Shown: piece by piece, positions 44,100-47,092 of the stretch
How the letters are laid out: every line of letters starts with the position of its first letter
Position numbering within the stretch: the stretch's first letter is position 1
Source of the DNA: Basidiobolus meristosporus CBS 931.73
Taxonomy: Eukaryota > Fungi > Basidiobolomycota
Length of the DNA: 47,092 nucleotides
Direction: 5' to 3'
Assembly (NCBI GenBank): GCA_002104905.1
Contig: MCFE01000676.1
Location: forward strand, 1-47,092
Position numbers and translations under genes: made by a program
Notes under the pieces: model-generated
Databases searched by the model: none
Told to the model about the DNA's origin: nothing
The model's input: only the letters and a program-made list of their open reading frames with translations

Positions 44100-47092
44100 T
44101 GTTACAAGTCTTGGTATAAGAGTTGTAGAGGAATAGGGAGTTTAGCTAGTATTGTATTCACTAAAACTTGAACTGATTTTTATTGAGGTTCCAGCAGCTC
44201 CTTATATACATTTTGCCAGATCAATTGCTGACTAATTGTATTTCCTAATGTAGGTTGTGGCTGATGACTCATTTGATTGCATCATCATCACCCAATAAGA
44301 TCCTACTTAATATATCTTTTTCTGTCTGATAAGGATCTGCTGATTCATTTGCTGACTAATGCTACTGATTTCATAGATAATACTGATATACTGATAACCT
44401 AAACATATACTAATTGATTTGACTAAAAACTGATCTAACTTAAACATTCAAGCGGCAGATCATAACATTCTCCCCTACTAAAGTTGAGAGAGTTCTCCTG
44501 AATCTCTTTTCTTGTGATACCAATATCTTGATGGTTCAGTATTATCAGCAAGTCTTGCAAGCTTGAGTCTGTCCCTATGCACTAAGTCTTCCCGGATATT
44601 ACCTTGCTTGTCCACCAGTTGGTAAGTTGCAAATGGACATTCTCTGATGATCTTGAATGGTCCTGTCCATTGTGGCTCAAACTTCTTCCGAGTGTTGTTT
44701 CTTAGCAATACAAAGTTCCCAACTGTCAATGCTTCTGGTGCTATAGTCTTATCAAATCTCTGCTTCATCTTTTCTGCACTTTGAGATACTTTGGTCTGTG
44801 CCTCTTGACGTCTTTGTTCCAGTTGCTGGTGTCTACTTGGCTGACTAAGTTCATCTTCTAAGGCATCTGTAAGCTTGGGTTGTGTGAGATCTCCTGGAAT
44901 CCTAGGTTCACATCCATAAACTAAGTAAAATGGTGATTGCTGGGTGGTGTTGTGTACTCTGACTCTGCATGCAAAGAGTGCTTGGTCTATATACTCATCC
45001 CATCTACTGACAACTCCATTTGCATACTTAGTCAGCATTTTTCCAAATAATCCATTAAACCGCTCAGTGACTCCATTAGTTCTGGGGTGATATGCCGAGG
45101 TTTTCAAGTGTCTGATCTGCTGCATTTCCAGGTAAGCCTCTAATGTCTTTGCCATAAAGTTTGCACCTCTATCGGATAAGATCTCCACAGGGCATCCAAA
45201 CTTCATCAGGATCTCATGGTAAATGAAACTTGCAACTTCTTGTTCACTGGCTATTGGTACGGCTTTAGCAACTGGCCATTTAGTGGCATGGTCAATAGCT
45301 ACTAGGATCCAACGGTTACATTTCCTGGTAGTTGGCAGTCTTCCAATAAAGTCAATTCCCCATCTCTCAAATGGTCTTACAGGCTCCAAAGGGAAGAGTT
45401 CGGCAATTCTTTGTGGCTGGCCTTGATTGATTTGGCAGTTTGGGCATGTTTTTACTAGCTTCTCAATGTCTTGTTTCATTCTGGGCCACCATGCTCTGGC
45501 TTTTACAAGGCTATAGGTTCCTTCAATCCCAAGATGTCCATATCCATTGTGTAGCTTATGTATTAAATCCAGGCGAGCAACATAAGGACAATAGGCAATA
45601 GGGCTTCCATCAACAATTCGGTAGAGTGTTTCATCCTGTACAACAAATTTGCTGGCTTCATCCCGGATTATCTTCTTGATATCTTCATCCACCTCATTAG
45701 GAATGGCTTGGTCCTCCAAGTACTTTGGTAATAGGCTAGGCCAATCTGATTCATGCACCAAGTTGAGTTGTGCAACTTGATCTAATCTTGATAAGGCATC
45801 AGCAACCGTGTTGTTTTTTCCAGGGCAGTAGACAATCTCCAGGTCAAATTGCTGAATGTATTCACTCCATCTTGTCATTCTTCTAGAGAGTACCTTCTGA
45901 GTAAATATATACTTGAGGGAGGCATGATCAGTCTTCACAGTGCATTTGACTCCTTCAATATAGCATCTCCATGTCTTCAAACAGTGTATTATAGCAAGCA
46001 TCTCCTTCTCATGGACTGGATAGTTTTGTTCTGCTGAGTTCAGTTTCTTGGATTCAAAGGCAACAGGGTAGTCCTTTCCCTCGTGTTCTTGGCTCAGCAC
46101 TCCACCAATTGCATAATCTGAAGCATCTGTGCATAGAGTGAACTCTTTTCTGAAGTCTGGTATTCTTAAGCTTGGTAACTTAGCAAGTTCATTCTTTAGC
46201 GTCTGGAAGGCAGTCTCACAAGCTATGTCCCACTTGTAGGTATTCTCTTTCTTGAGGATATCAGTTAAAGGGGCTGCAATACTTGCAAATGACTTGACAA
46301 ATCTCCGATAATAGGAAACCATTCCAAGGAAGGATCTGAGTTCTGATATGCTATGGGGCTGCTTCAAATTCTTGATTACTTCCACCTTCTTGGGGTCTAA
46401 GGTTACTCCTGTGCTAGTCACTATGTGTCCCAGATATTCTACGTGTTCCTTGAAGAATTCACACTTGGCTAGCTTGCCGTATAGCTTGTTCTCTCTTAGT
46501 TTCTTCAAGACCTTTTCAATGTGCACCATGTGATCCTTTTCTGTCTTGCTGTATATCAATATGTCATCCAGGTAGATTATCACAAACTTGTCTAAGTACT
46601 CCTGAAAGACAGTCTGCATCAGCGTCATGAATGTTGCAGGGGCATTAGTGAGGCCAAAACTCATGACTAAGTACTCGTAATGTCCATATCTGGTCCTGAA
46701 TGCTGTCTTAGGGATATCTTCTGGTTTCACCCTAATCTGGTTGTATCCTGACATGAGGTCGATCTTGCTGAAAATAGTGGCTCCATTAAGTTGGTCCAAA
46801 AGCTCATCAATCCGAGGTATGGGGTACTTATTCTTGACGGTAACTGAGTTCAGGGCTCTGTAGTCAATGCACATCCTAAGTGTTCCATCCTTCTTTTTCA
46901 CAAAAAGCACTGGTGCTCCCCAAGGTGACTTGCTGGCCTGATGTATCCTTGCTCCAATAGCTGATCAATTTGTTTCTTCATTTCCTCCAATTCCAATGGA
47001 CTCATTCTGTAAGGTGTCTTGCTCACTGGAGGGCTATCTCCTGTGTCAATGGCATGATCCACGTCTCTGACTGGTGGTAGGCTTACAAGCTC
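44100..47092 (-). mobile_element. Ty3/gypsy retrotransposon C (3' part; continues beyond the window)
   Basis: 3' LTR 44100-44467 (one mismatch to A), PPT, pol nearly identical to A. Confidence 0.97.
44478..47092 (-). CDS. pol: Pol portion of the gypsy C polyprotein (RT-RH-IN), with one apparent 1-bp deletion near 46935
   Basis: The 810-aa ORF 44478-46910 matches A except for a few residues; TGCTGGCCTG in C versus TGCTGGGCCTG in A. Confidence 0.85.

Overview
The whole window is eukaryotic transposon-derived DNA, probably fungal (inference). I found no host gene, RNA gene or CRISPR array. It holds four layers. (1) One compact Ty3/gypsy family with 368-bp LTRs, 4-bp TSDs and a single gag-pol ORF. 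Copies: A (22063-27001, intact, LTRs identical by eye), B (31628-36563, inactivated), C (44100-end, near-intact), a solo LTR (37501-37869) and two old remnants, D and E. (2) Two decayed Ty1/copia families, both with the Ty5/copia-type half-tRNA-iMet PBS GGTTATGAGCCCC, stacked in nested piles at 1821-12160 and 28866-41084. (3) A decayed CMC/EnSpm (CACTA-like) DNA transposon family with CCCTA-type termini, a Tnp2/DUF4218-like transposase and a divergent second ORF I cannot assign. It occurs in four pieces; the best-preserved is 15964-22006. (4) A 528-bp solo LTR of a further family with a perfect 5-bp TSD. The strongest unexplained signals are a TpCpG-biased C-to-T pattern between gypsy copies A and B, a cluster of AP-1/Gcn4-type sites in the gypsy LTR, the two-gene CCCTA transposon, and two facing transposon ends bracketing a gypsy pol fragment. 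All alignments and counts were done by eye. Boundaries of the old elements are approximate (about 10-20 bp).
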